From positions 1 through 25,255 of the forward strand of contig JBDGTS010000037.1 in the NCBI GenBank assembly GCA_042216675.1: a stretch of 25,255 nt of DNA, in the 5' to 3' direction. Both the position numbers and the translations under genes were made by a program. This stretch comes from Halobacteriaceae archaeon (GTDB lineage Archaea > Halobacteriota > Halobacteria > Halobacteriales > Halobacteriaceae). Below, piece by piece: positions 7,347 through 15,362 of the stretch. The notes under the pieces were generated by a model. The model ran no database searches. It was given only the letters and a program-made list of their open reading frames with translations, and had not been told where the DNA came from. How positions within the stretch are numbered: position 1 is the first letter of the stretch; the number at the start of each line of letters is the position of its first letter.

Positions 7347-7922
7347 ATGACCCAGTGGGTGGAAAATCCGAGCGGTGGCCGTGCGCGCGGGCCACGCGCC
7401 GCGGTGCGAGCGTGGGTCGAGGTCATCGTCCGGCCGCGGCGCTTCTTCCGCACGGGCGTCGCGCCGGGCGACCAAGGACCGGGATTCGTCTTCACCGTCG
7501 CCGTCGCCGCCGTCGCCGTCGGGTCGCGCCTCGCGTTGGTGCCCGCCGCGCGGCCCGGCGGGCCGTTCGCATCGCTCCTCCTCGCGGCGGGGCTGTCGGT
7601 CATCGCCGCGCCGTTGGCACTCCACCTCGTCGCCGCCGTGCAGACGGTGACGCTGATGGCCCTGACGAGCGACCGGGGCACCATCAGCGAGACGGTGCAG
7701 GTGTTGGCGTACTCGACGGCGCCCTGTGTCGCCGCTGGAGCGCCGGTGGCGGCGCTCAGAGTGGCCGTGACGACCTACGGCGCGGTGCTTCTCGTCGTCG
7801 GGACCGCCGAGGTCCACGACCTGTCGCGGTGGCGCGCGGTGGCCGTCGCAGCCCTGCCGGCGACGCTCGTGTTCGGACTTGCCTTCGGCGGGTTCGACGC
7901 CGTCGCGGCGCTCGCCCCGTGA
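7347..7922 (+). CDS. Yip1-family membrane protein
   Basis: WVEVIVRPRRFF, ETVQVLAYSTAP, EVHDLSRWRA, about 5 TM helices; starts directly after the FMN reductase stop. Confidence 0.82.
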   Translation: MTQWVENPSGGRARGPRAAVRAWVEVIVRPRRFFRTGVAPGDQGPGFVFTVAVAAVAVGSRLALVPAARPGGPFASLLLAAGLSVIAAPLALHLVAAVQTVTLMALTSDRGTISETVQVLAYSTAPCVAAGAPVAALRVAVTTYGAVLLVVGTAEVHDLSRWRAVAVAALPATLVFGLAFGGFDAVAALAP

Positions 7923-7951
7923 TTTAACCCCGCGGCGGCGGAATTGCGGAT

Positions 7952-8212
7952 ATGCTGACCATCGACGTGTCCGACTTCTCGGTCGAGTTCAAGGACGGCG
8001 CCATCAAGAACGTCGGCGCCGCGAACAAGCGCGCGACGGCGAAACTGTTCGACGTGGCCGACGCGGAGGTCAGAGAGTACGGGAGCGAACGAGTGAAACT
8101 GGTGTTCGAGGACGAGACGGGTGACGAGGTGCAGGTGGCCCTCTCGCCCGAACAAGCCACGGAAGTCGCAGACGGCGTCGAGGGAATCCGCGAGGAGAGC
8201 GCCAGCGACTGA
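7952..8212 (+). CDS. small acidic hypothetical protein
   Basis: 86 aa, typical codon usage; TTTAA box at 7923-7927 fits a leaderless start. Confidence 0.82.
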   Translation: MLTIDVSDFSVEFKDGAIKNVGAANKRATAKLFDVADAEVREYGSERVKLVFEDETGDEVQVALSPEQATEVADGVEGIREESASD

Positions 8213-8262
8213 CGGGGGCATACCGACAATCGTTTCAAGCCGCCACCGCTTCAATCGAGCAA

Positions 8263-10365
8263 ATGGGTTCGTGTATCATCTGCGGGAAGTCTGTCGACGG
8301 CGTCACCTGCCGTTCACATCAAGAAGACGTGGCATTCGAGTTCCGGGGCACCAGCCCCGACCAGTTGGAGACGGACCGCTACTACCGCGGCACCGTCGAC
8401 GGGTTCGCTGACTTCGGCGTCTTCGTGAACATCGGTGACCGAGTAACCGGCCTCCTCCACCGGAGCGAAGTCGAGGGGCGACTGGAGAGCCTCGACTGGG
8501 AGGAAGGCGACGAAGTGTTCGTGCAGGTCACGGGCGTCCACGACAACGGCAACGTGGACCTCGGCTGGTCGATTCGGGAGTCCGAACGCGAGTTCCGCGG
8601 GAAGGCCATCCACGACCCGTCCGCCGAGGAACCGGAGGTTCCCGTCGAGGGACTCGGTGAGACGCCGGGCGCCGAGACCGAGGAGGAGACGGCCGCCGAG
8701 GAGCAGTCGGGATCAAGACCCGAGCGCGAGGCTGAGGCGGAGGCCGAGCAGGCCGAACCCGAGGCCGAAGAAGTCGGAGAAGCCGAAGAAGCAGAAGCGG
8801 AAGCAGTCGAAGCAGTCGAAGAAGAAGCCGAAACCGAGACGGCCGCCGAGGGCGACCTCGACCGGACGCCCATCGAAGAACTCGGTGACCGCGTCGGCGA
8901 CGAGGTGCGCCTCGAAGCCGAAGTCGCGGGCGTCCGGCAGACTGGCGGCCCGACGGTGTTCGCGCTGAACGACGAGACGGGGCGCGTCGACTGCGCCGCG
9001 TTCGTCGGCGCCGGCGAACGCGCCTACCCCGAAATCGAAGTCGGCGACGTGGTGTCGCTGGTCGGGGAAGTCGAGCGCCGGCAGGGCGAACTGCAGGTCG
9101 AAACCGAGAGCATCGAAGTACTCGACGGCGACGCGCGGGCGGCCGTCGAGGCACGTCTCGACGCGGCGCTCGAATCGCAAGCGGAACCGAGCGTGACGGA
9201 ACTCCTCACCGACGAGGGCGCCGTCGCCGACGCGCGCGAGGGTATCGTGGACGCCGCGACAGCCATCCGCCGCGCCGTCATCGAGTCCCGACCGGTCGTC
9301 GTCCGCCACACTGCGACTGTGAGCGGCTATCTCGCGGGTGCAGCCATCGAACGCGCCGTGCTCCCCCTCGTCCGGGACCGGCACGCCGAGAGCGACGCCG
9401 AGTACCACTACGTGGACCGGCGCCCCCTCGACGGCCAGTTCTACGAGATGGACGACGCGACGAAGGACGTGACCGACCTCCTGCAGGCCGCCGAGCGTCA
9501 CGGCGAGAACCGCCCGCTGGTGGTGCTGGCCGACGTGGGCCACAGCCGCGAATCCCGCGACGCGCTGGACCTGCTGGACACCTACGACGTGCCCCGCGCC
9601 GTCATCGACACGGGCGAGGCCGACGCACGGGTGGCCGACGCCGTCGACGTGTTCCTCACGGTCGACGACCCCGAGGTCACCACCGCGGCCCTCGCCGCGA
9701 ACGTCGCAACCGTCGTCAACCACGAGGTGCGTGACGACTTGCTTCACCTCCCCGCCGTCAGTTACTGGGACGAGACGCCCGACCGCTACGCGGACCTCGC
9801 GACGCGCGCGGGCTACGACGCGGCGGCCGCCGACGACCTGCGCGGTGCCATCGCGATGCAGGCTCACTACCAGACGTACGAGGACAAGCGCGAAATCGTG
9901 CAGGACCTGCTCTGGGGCGAGGACCGCGCGTTCGCGTCCCACGTCGCCTCGCAGTTCCACGCCCGCCTCGACGACGAACTCGACACCGTCGACTCCCACG
10001 TCGAGGAGCGTACGGAAGGCGGCGTCCCGATTCACGTCGTCGACGTGGAGGCGTTCACCCACCGGTACGACTTCCCGCCGAGCGCCCTCCTGTTGGACGC
10101 CCTCTACCGCGAGGCCCGTGACGACGGCCCCGTCGCCGTCGTCGGTCTCGACGAGGACGAACTCCACGTCCGCGCCCCCGTGGACGTGCAGGCAGTCGGC
10201 GGCGCCGTCGCCGACGCACTTCCGGAGGCCGGCGTGCGCCCGCGTGGCACCCGTGACGGCTACGTCGAGTTCCTCCGGGGCGAACGCGACGCAGTCCTCG
10301 ACGCCGCCGTCGACGAGATTGCGGACCGCCTCGCCGCGGGCGTCGAAGCCCCGGCGCGCGACTGA
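8263..10365 (+). CDS. RecJ-like DHH-superfamily protein with S1 and OB-fold domains and degenerate catalytic motifs (haloarchaeal RecJ4-like)
   Basis: N-terminal CxxC...CxxH; S1 (GTVDGFADFGVFV...GLLHRSE); acidic linker; OB fold (VRQTGGPTVF, AYPEIEVGDVV); DHH-like body with RHTATVSG and IDTG in place of the canonical motifs. Confidence 0.85.
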   Translation: MGSCIICGKSVDGVTCRSHQEDVAFEFRGTSPDQLETDRYYRGTVDGFADFGVFVNIGDRVTGLLHRSEVEGRLESLDWEEGDEVFVQVTGVHDNGNVDLGWSIRESEREFRGKAIHDPSAEEPEVPVEGLGETPGAETEEETAAEEQSGSRPEREAEAEAEQAEPEAEEVGEAEEAEAEAVEAVEEEAETETAAEGDLDRTPIEELGDRVGDEVRLEAEVAGVRQTGGPTVFALNDETGRVDCAAFVGAGERAYPEIEVGDVVSLVGEVERRQGELQVETESIEVLDGDARAAVEARLDAALESQAEPSVTELLTDEGAVADAREGIVDAATAIRRAVIESRPVVVRHTATVSGYLAGAAIERAVLPLVRDRHAESDAEYHYVDRRPLDGQFYEMDDATKDVTDLLQAAERHGENRPLVVLADVGHSRESRDALDLLDTYDVPRAVIDTGEADARVADAVDVFLTVDDPEVTTAALAANVATVVNHEVRDDLLHLPAVSYWDETPDRYADLATRAGYDAAAADDLRGAIAMQAHYQTYEDKREIVQDLLWGEDRAFASHVASQFHARLDDELDTVDSHVEERTEGGVPIHVVDVEAFTHRYDFPPSALLLDALYREARDDGPVAVVGLDEDELHVRAPVDVQAVGGAVADALPEAGVRPRGTRDGYVEFLRGERDAVLDAAVDEIADRLAAGVEAPARD
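8617..8856 (+). repeat. low-complexity Glu/Ala linker with short tandem repeats
   Basis: GAAGCAGTC x2 and repeated GCCGAAGAAG/GAAGC units encoding EAEEAEAEAVEAVEEEAE. Confidence 0.6.
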
Positions 10366-10410
10366 GACGCAGTTCCTTTCCGCCGTAGTTACCTGAAACT
10401 CACTGCACCC

Positions 10411-10417
10411 TTTATAC
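10411..10417 (+). promoter_or_regulatory. TATA box for the histidine kinase gene
   Basis: TTTATAC 30-24 nt upstream of ATG 10441. Confidence 0.6.
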
Positions 10418-10440
10418 TGGCGCAGTCGTATCTTTACCTA

Positions 10441-11595
10441 ATGGAATCCGTCGAAAGCGTCCCCGACGGGTACGCGGATCGACTTGAGGCCCTCCACGTC
10501 GCCACCAGAAACCTCATCGACGCTCGGCGGGAGGCCGCCATCGCGGACCTCGCCGTCGAGGCGGCGGCCGACGTGTTGCAGTTCCCGTTCAGCATCTTCT
10601 GGGCCGCCGACCGCTCGGAGGGGACGCTCGCCCCGACGTCCGTCAGCGACACCGTCGCGGAGTACCGCGAGGAGGGCGGCGAAATGGTCCACGACGAAGC
10701 GGACTACCTCTGGGACTACTTCGAGCGCGAAGACCCGAGTCTCGTCGAGGTGACCCCGGGGAAGGCCGCCGCGCCGGTGCCGCCCCACAGTTCCATCGTC
10801 GTTCCCGTCGGCGAGTACGGCCTCCTGACCGTCGGCGCCGAGGAGCGAACGGACATCGAGGACGCGGAGGTGCGGTTGGCGGCGGTCCTCGGCAAGAACG
10901 TGCAGGCCGCGCTCTCCCGCGCCGAGCGCGAGCGGCGCCTCGCGGAGCAACGCGACGGACTGAAACTGCTGAACAGCATCGTGCGCCACGACATCCGCAA
11001 CGACCTGCAGGTGGTGCGGGCGGCCGCCGACCAACTGGCCGAGGACGACATGAGCGACGGCAACGCGCTGACGTTGATCCGGGAGCGAACCGAGAGCGCC
11101 GTCGAACTCACCCGGACCGCGCGGGAACTCGCCGAGACGATGCTCCAGACCGAGTCCGAGCGCGAAGCGGTGGCGCTCGGGCCGACGCTCCGCGCGGCCG
11201 CGACGGAAGTCGAGAGTGCCTACGGCGACGACGTGGTCGACGTCGAGGGGTCGGTCCCCGAGGTGGACGTGTTGGCGGACGACATGCTCTCCTCGGTGTT
11301 CCGCAACGTCATCGAGAACGGGGTCGAACACGACGACGGCGACCCATACGTCACGGTGTCAGCGGAGGAGCGAGAGGGCGACGTCGTGGTTTCCATCGCC
11401 GACGACGGCCCCGGCATCCCCGACGGCGTGGCCGACGAGGTGTTCGACCGGGCGGCGAAAGGGCTCGACAGCGACGGCACGGGCATCGGCCTCTATCTCG
11501 TGGCGACCCTCGTCGACCGCTACGGGGGGTCCGTCTCCATCGCCGAGACGGGGCCAGAGGGGACGACGGTCGAAATCACCCTCCCGACGGCTTAG
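10441..11595 (+). CDS. cytoplasmic GAF-domain sensor histidine kinase
   Basis: GAF-like N-terminus (IVVPVGEYGLL); H box RHDIRNDL; N box FRNVIENGVEH; G1 IADDGPGIP; G2 GTGIGLYLV; no TM helix. Confidence 0.92.
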   Translation: MESVESVPDGYADRLEALHVATRNLIDARREAAIADLAVEAAADVLQFPFSIFWAADRSEGTLAPTSVSDTVAEYREEGGEMVHDEADYLWDYFEREDPSLVEVTPGKAAAPVPPHSSIVVPVGEYGLLTVGAEERTDIEDAEVRLAAVLGKNVQAALSRAERERRLAEQRDGLKLLNSIVRHDIRNDLQVVRAAADQLAEDDMSDGNALTLIRERTESAVELTRTARELAETMLQTESEREAVALGPTLRAAATEVESAYGDDVVDVEGSVPEVDVLADDMLSSVFRNVIENGVEHDDGDPYVTVSAEEREGDVVVSIADDGPGIPDGVADEVFDRAAKGLDSDGTGIGLYLVATLVDRYGGSVSIAETGPEGTTVEITLPTA

Positions 11596-12407
11596 TCGAA
11601 GGCGTGGTCAGCGGTCGGGAAGTCGCTCTCGCGCACCTCCCGCACGTACTCCGCGGCGGCGTCGGCGACGACGCTCGGCACGTCGGCGTACTCCTTGTCG
11701 AAGGTGAGGTCGTAGTCGCCGTAGCCCAGCACGTCGGAAATCGTCAACACCTGCCCGTCGACGTGGCGGCCCGCGCCGATGCCGATGACGGGGACGTCCA
11801 CGGCGTTCGCGACCCGCTTTGCCGCGAGTTCCGTCACCAGTTCGAGGACGATGGCGAACGCGCCGGCGTCTTCGAGGGCCTCGGCGGTCTGAATCAGCGT
11901 CTCGGCGCTGGCGGAGTGCTCCGTGTTCCGGCCCTGCACGACGCGACCACCGACCTCGTTGACTCGTTGGGGCGTGAGGCCGGTGTGGGCCATCACCGGC
12001 ACTCCGAGTTCCGTCACGCGGTCGATGAACGCCACCGTCCAGTCGCCGCCGGGGGCCGTCTCCAACTTCACGGCCTGCGCGTCGGCCTCGGTGAGAAAGC
12101 GCTTGGCCGCGTTCACGGAGTCGGCCATCGAGGCCCCGTAGGACTCGAAGGGCATGTCGCCGACGACCATCGCCTCCTCGCTCCCGCGCGCGACGGCACC
12201 GGTGAACGTGAGCATCTCGTCGAGGGTGACCGAGGTGGTGTCGTCGTGACCGAGGACGAGTTCGCCGGCGGTGTCGCCGACGAGGAGAATGTCGACGCCC
12301 GCGTCGTCGAGGATTCCAGCCGTCGGGGCGTCGTAGGCCGTCAGCATCGTTATCGGTTCGTCTGCATCGGCCATCGTTTCGAGGTCGCGAACGTCGGTGC
12401 GGGTCAT
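11592..12407 (-). CDS. panB: 3-methyl-2-oxobutanoate hydroxymethyltransferase
   Basis: ITMLTAYD, ILLVGD, VGDMPFESY, AVKLE, HTGLTPQ, IGIGAG, DGQVL; start ATG 12407. Confidence 0.95.
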   Translation of the reverse strand: MTRTDVRDLETMADADEPITMLTAYDAPTAGILDDAGVDILLVGDTAGELVLGHDDTTSVTLDEMLTFTGAVARGSEEAMVVGDMPFESYGASMADSVNAAKRFLTEADAQAVKLETAPGGDWTVAFIDRVTELGVPVMAHTGLTPQRVNEVGGRVVQGRNTEHSASAETLIQTAEALEDAGAFAIVLELVTELAAKRVANAVDVPVIGIGAGRHVDGQVLTISDVLGYGDYDLTFDKEYADVPSVVADAAAEYVREVRESDFPTADHAFD

Positions 12408-12485
12408 GGTGTCGCCTGACGGGCGCCGGGACAATAACCCGTCGGGTCCGACACGCTTATCGGCGCCAGCGGCGTGTTCGCGGAC

Positions 12486-14135
12486 ATGAGCGAGGCCGCC
12501 GACGCCGACGACGACGCGTTCGAGCGGGTCTGTGAGACGCTCGTGGAACGGATTCTCGCTGGCGACCTCGAACGCGACGACCTCGAACAGGCCAAGCGCG
12601 AGGCGTGTTCGACCCACGGCGCGGCGAAGGTGCCGAAGAACTCCGACCTGCTGGACCGGGCGCCCGACGGCCGCCGCGACGAACTCGCGGAGGTGGTCCG
12701 CCGGAAACCGATGCGCACCGCCTCCGGCGTCACCCCGGTGGCCATCATGACAAGTCCCCACCGGTGCCCCCACGGCAAATGTCTCTACTGCCCGGGGGGT
12801 CCCGACTCGGAGTTCTCCAGCGCCCAGTCCTACACCGGCCACGAACCCGCCGCGGCCCGCGGCGTCCAGAACGACTACGACCCGTACGGACAGGTCACCC
12901 TCCGCCTCCACCAACTCCGCGAAATCGGGCACCCCGTGGACAAGGTGGAACTCATCCTGATGGGCGGGACGATGACCGCGCGCTCGGCCGACTATCAGGA
13001 GTGGTTCGTGAAGCGCGCGCTGGCGGCGATGAACGACTACGACCCGGACTGCAATCCCCAGCCCTCCGAAACGGAGTCGTTCAAGCCCGACCCCGAGGAC
13101 ACCGAGTTCCGGTATCTGGAGGACGTGAAGGCCAGAAACGAGACGGGAGAGGTGCGCAACGTCGCCACCACCTTCGAGACCAAGCCGGACTGGTGTGACC
13201 CCGAGCAGATAGACCGGATGCTCCGCCTCGGCGGCACGAAAGTCGAGGTGGGCGTCCAGACGACGTACGAGCGCATCAACCGCGAGATGCACCGCGGCCA
13301 CGGGGTCGACGCCTCCGTCGACGCCAACCGCCGTCTCCGCGACGCGGGCTTCAAGGTGGGCTTCCACATGATGCCGGGTCAGCCCGGCATGTCCAAGGAG
13401 ATGTGCTTACAGGACTTCCGAGAACTGTTCGAGGACCCCGCGTGGCGCCCGGACTACCTCAAAATCTACCCCACGCTCGTCGTCGAGGGGACGGCCATCT
13501 ACGACCAGTGGCACCGCGGCGACTTCGACCCGCTTGGCAACGACGACGCCGCCGAACTGGTTGCGGAAATCAAGTCGATGATTCCGCGCTACGTCCGCCT
13601 CCAGCGAGTCCAGCGCGACATCCCGGCGGACCTCATCGAGGGCGGCGTCTGGAAGTCGAACCTCCGCCAACTCGCCCGCCAGCGGATGGACGAGCACGGA
13701 TGGACGTGTGACTGCATCCGGTGTCGCGAGGTCGGGCACAACGACGCGGAACCGGAGGACCTCGAACTCCGCGTCGACCGCTACGAGGCCGGCGGCGGCA
13801 CCGAACACTTCGTCTCCATCGAGGACTTCGAGAAGGACCTGCTCGTAGGGTTCTGTCGCTTGCGCTTCCCGAATAGCCCCCGGCGACCCGAACTGCAGGA
13901 CGCGGCGCTCCTCCGGGAACTCCACGTCTACGGGAGCGAGGCCGGCATCGGCGACGGCGCGGGCGACCACCAGCATCAGGGCCACGGCCGGCGCCTGATG
14001 GGCAAGGCCGAAGAACTCGCCCGCGACGCCGGCTACGACAAACTCGCGGTCATCGCGGGCATCGGCGCCCGGGAGTACTACCGCGAGAAACTCGGCTACC
14101 GGCAGGACGGCCCCTACGTGTCGAAGCGCCTCTAA
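12486..14135 (+). CDS. elp3: tRNA uridine(34) acetyltransferase Elp3 (radical SAM plus GNAT)
   Basis: KPMRTASGVTPVAIM, CPHGKCLYCPGG, QSYTGHEP, ETKPDWC, LKIYPTLV, RVQRDIP, CIRCREVG, RELHVYG, QHQGHG. Confidence 0.96.
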   Translation: MSEAADADDDAFERVCETLVERILAGDLERDDLEQAKREACSTHGAAKVPKNSDLLDRAPDGRRDELAEVVRRKPMRTASGVTPVAIMTSPHRCPHGKCLYCPGGPDSEFSSAQSYTGHEPAAARGVQNDYDPYGQVTLRLHQLREIGHPVDKVELILMGGTMTARSADYQEWFVKRALAAMNDYDPDCNPQPSETESFKPDPEDTEFRYLEDVKARNETGEVRNVATTFETKPDWCDPEQIDRMLRLGGTKVEVGVQTTYERINREMHRGHGVDASVDANRRLRDAGFKVGFHMMPGQPGMSKEMCLQDFRELFEDPAWRPDYLKIYPTLVVEGTAIYDQWHRGDFDPLGNDDAAELVAEIKSMIPRYVRLQRVQRDIPADLIEGGVWKSNLRQLARQRMDEHGWTCDCIRCREVGHNDAEPEDLELRVDRYEAGGGTEHFVSIEDFEKDLLVGFCRLRFPNSPRRPELQDAALLRELHVYGSEAGIGDGAGDHQHQGHGRRLMGKAEELARDAGYDKLAVIAGIGAREYYREKLGYRQDGPYVSKRL

Positions 14136-14175
14136 GCGGCGAAGACTTTTGTCGCGGCCCGACGAACCTGTTACG

Positions 14176-14604
14176 ATGGCATCAGTTCGGAGCGGCCCCG
14201 GGGCGCTCCTCCTCGGCGACACGCGCCGAACGGCGGACCGCTTTCTGCTCGTCGCGGGCGCGGTGTTCATCGCGTTGCCGCTCCTGCGGGCGAGCGTCGG
14301 CCGGGACGTGAACACGATTCTGCAGTCCGACCTCGTCTACGCCTCCGCGGTGGCGCTGACGCTCGTCGTCGCCGGCGGGCACGCCTACCGCAACCGCGGC
14401 CTGTTCACGAGCGTCGTCTGCGCGTATCTCGTCCTCGCGGGGTACTTCCTCGGCGGGTGGATTGCGCTCGGTCGGACCGGCTCGGGGTCTGTCCTGCCCG
14501 AGTACGCCCTGTTGCCCGCCGTCCTCGGAATTCCGCTCGGCGGCGGCGCGTTCGTTCTCGGGTGGGGAGCGCGCTACGCCGTTCGCAGGATGGCGGGCGC
14601 GTGA
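14176..14604 (+). CDS. hypothetical membrane protein (about 4 TM)
   Basis: Four hydrophobic segments, HAYRNRGL loop; T-rich box about 28 nt upstream of ATG 14176. Confidence 0.75.
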   Translation: MASVRSGPGALLLGDTRRTADRFLLVAGAVFIALPLLRASVGRDVNTILQSDLVYASAVALTLVVAGGHAYRNRGLFTSVVCAYLVLAGYFLGGWIALGRTGSGSVLPEYALLPAVLGIPLGGGAFVLGWGARYAVRRMAGA

Positions 14605-15041
14605 CGGAGATAGTGCCGGCCGGCGAACGCCAGTCCCGCGCCGCCGCCGAGGAACGCGACGATGAGCCACGGGCTGACCCACGACGGGCCACCGGGACCC
14701 ACGTCGCCGCTTTGGCTCGACGTGGCGACCCCTGCGGTAACGACCCCGAACAGCACCAGAGCCACGCCACTGAGCAGGGACACCGAACCGAGAGCGGGAC
14801 CCTCGCGGTTCAGCGCGAAGGCCGCCGCCAACGCGACGGGAACGACGACGACGGCAACTAACAGCACGACGCGGCCAAGCGTACTGAGCGTCGCCATCGC
14901 GCCGACGGACCGGGCCGTCTGGAGGGTGTCGAGGGACTTCGACAGAGAGTCTGGGACGACGACGGCGGCAGCGAGGAGGGCCACGAGTGCGCTCGTCGTC
15001 CCGACGAAGCGAGCGAGGGCGCGACGCTCTGCGTGGGACAC
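14574..15041 (-). CDS. hypothetical membrane protein (about 4 TM)
   Basis: Four hydrophobic segments; GTG 15041 chosen because AAATTACT lies about 27 nt upstream; 3' end overlaps the opposing gene by 31 nt. Confidence 0.65.
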   Translation of the reverse strand: MSHAERRALARFVGTTSALVALLAAAVVVPDSLSKSLDTLQTARSVGAMATLSTLGRVVLLVAVVVVPVALAAAFALNREGPALGSVSLLSGVALVLFGVVTAGVATSSQSGDVGPGGPSWVSPWLIVAFLGGGAGLAFAGRHYLRHAPAILRTA

Positions 15042-15128
15042 ACGTGGAATCGGGTCGCCAGCCAGAAGTAATTTCTGTGTGACAGGACGCGGCGGCAACA
15101 CTATACCCGCGCCCCGCCTACGTGACCC

Positions 15129-15317
15129 ATGAACCGCGTGGAGACCAGCCGTGCGCCAATCTCGATAGGGGCTCGGCTCCTGATGCTCCTGTTCGTCGGC
15201 CTCGTGGCCGTCGCCGTCGTCCTCCGGGGCCTCGGCGCCACGTGGCCCGAGAGCGCGGCCGTCGGCGTCCTCGCGGGCGTCCTGTTGGCGGTGGTGGGCA
15301 CCCTCCTACGACGCTGA
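15129..15317 (+). CDS. small two-helix membrane protein
   Basis: 62 aa with two hydrophobic segments and C-terminal RR; CTATA at 15101-15105 upstream. Confidence 0.65.
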   Translation: MNRVETSRAPISIGARLLMLLFVGLVAVAVVLRGLGATWPESAAVGVLAGVLLAVVGTLLRR

Positions 15318-15362
15318 GGGCGTGCCGACACGCCTTTGCGGCCGGCCGCCGGGTGTTCGGAC

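Noticed and set aside
5895-7817. 640-aa minus-strand ORF that looks like a NadC fusion
   Set aside because: The N-terminal part is the antisense shadow of the FMN reductase and Yip1 genes; NadC similarity starts at ATG 6698.
8760-8840. GAAGC-type repeats as a possible CRISPR array or mobile repeat
   Set aside because: They are short in-frame units encoding an acidic linker, with no spacers.
11592-13367. 591-aa ORF that looks like an extended PanB
   Set aside because: The extension is antisense to elp3; the real start is ATG 12407.
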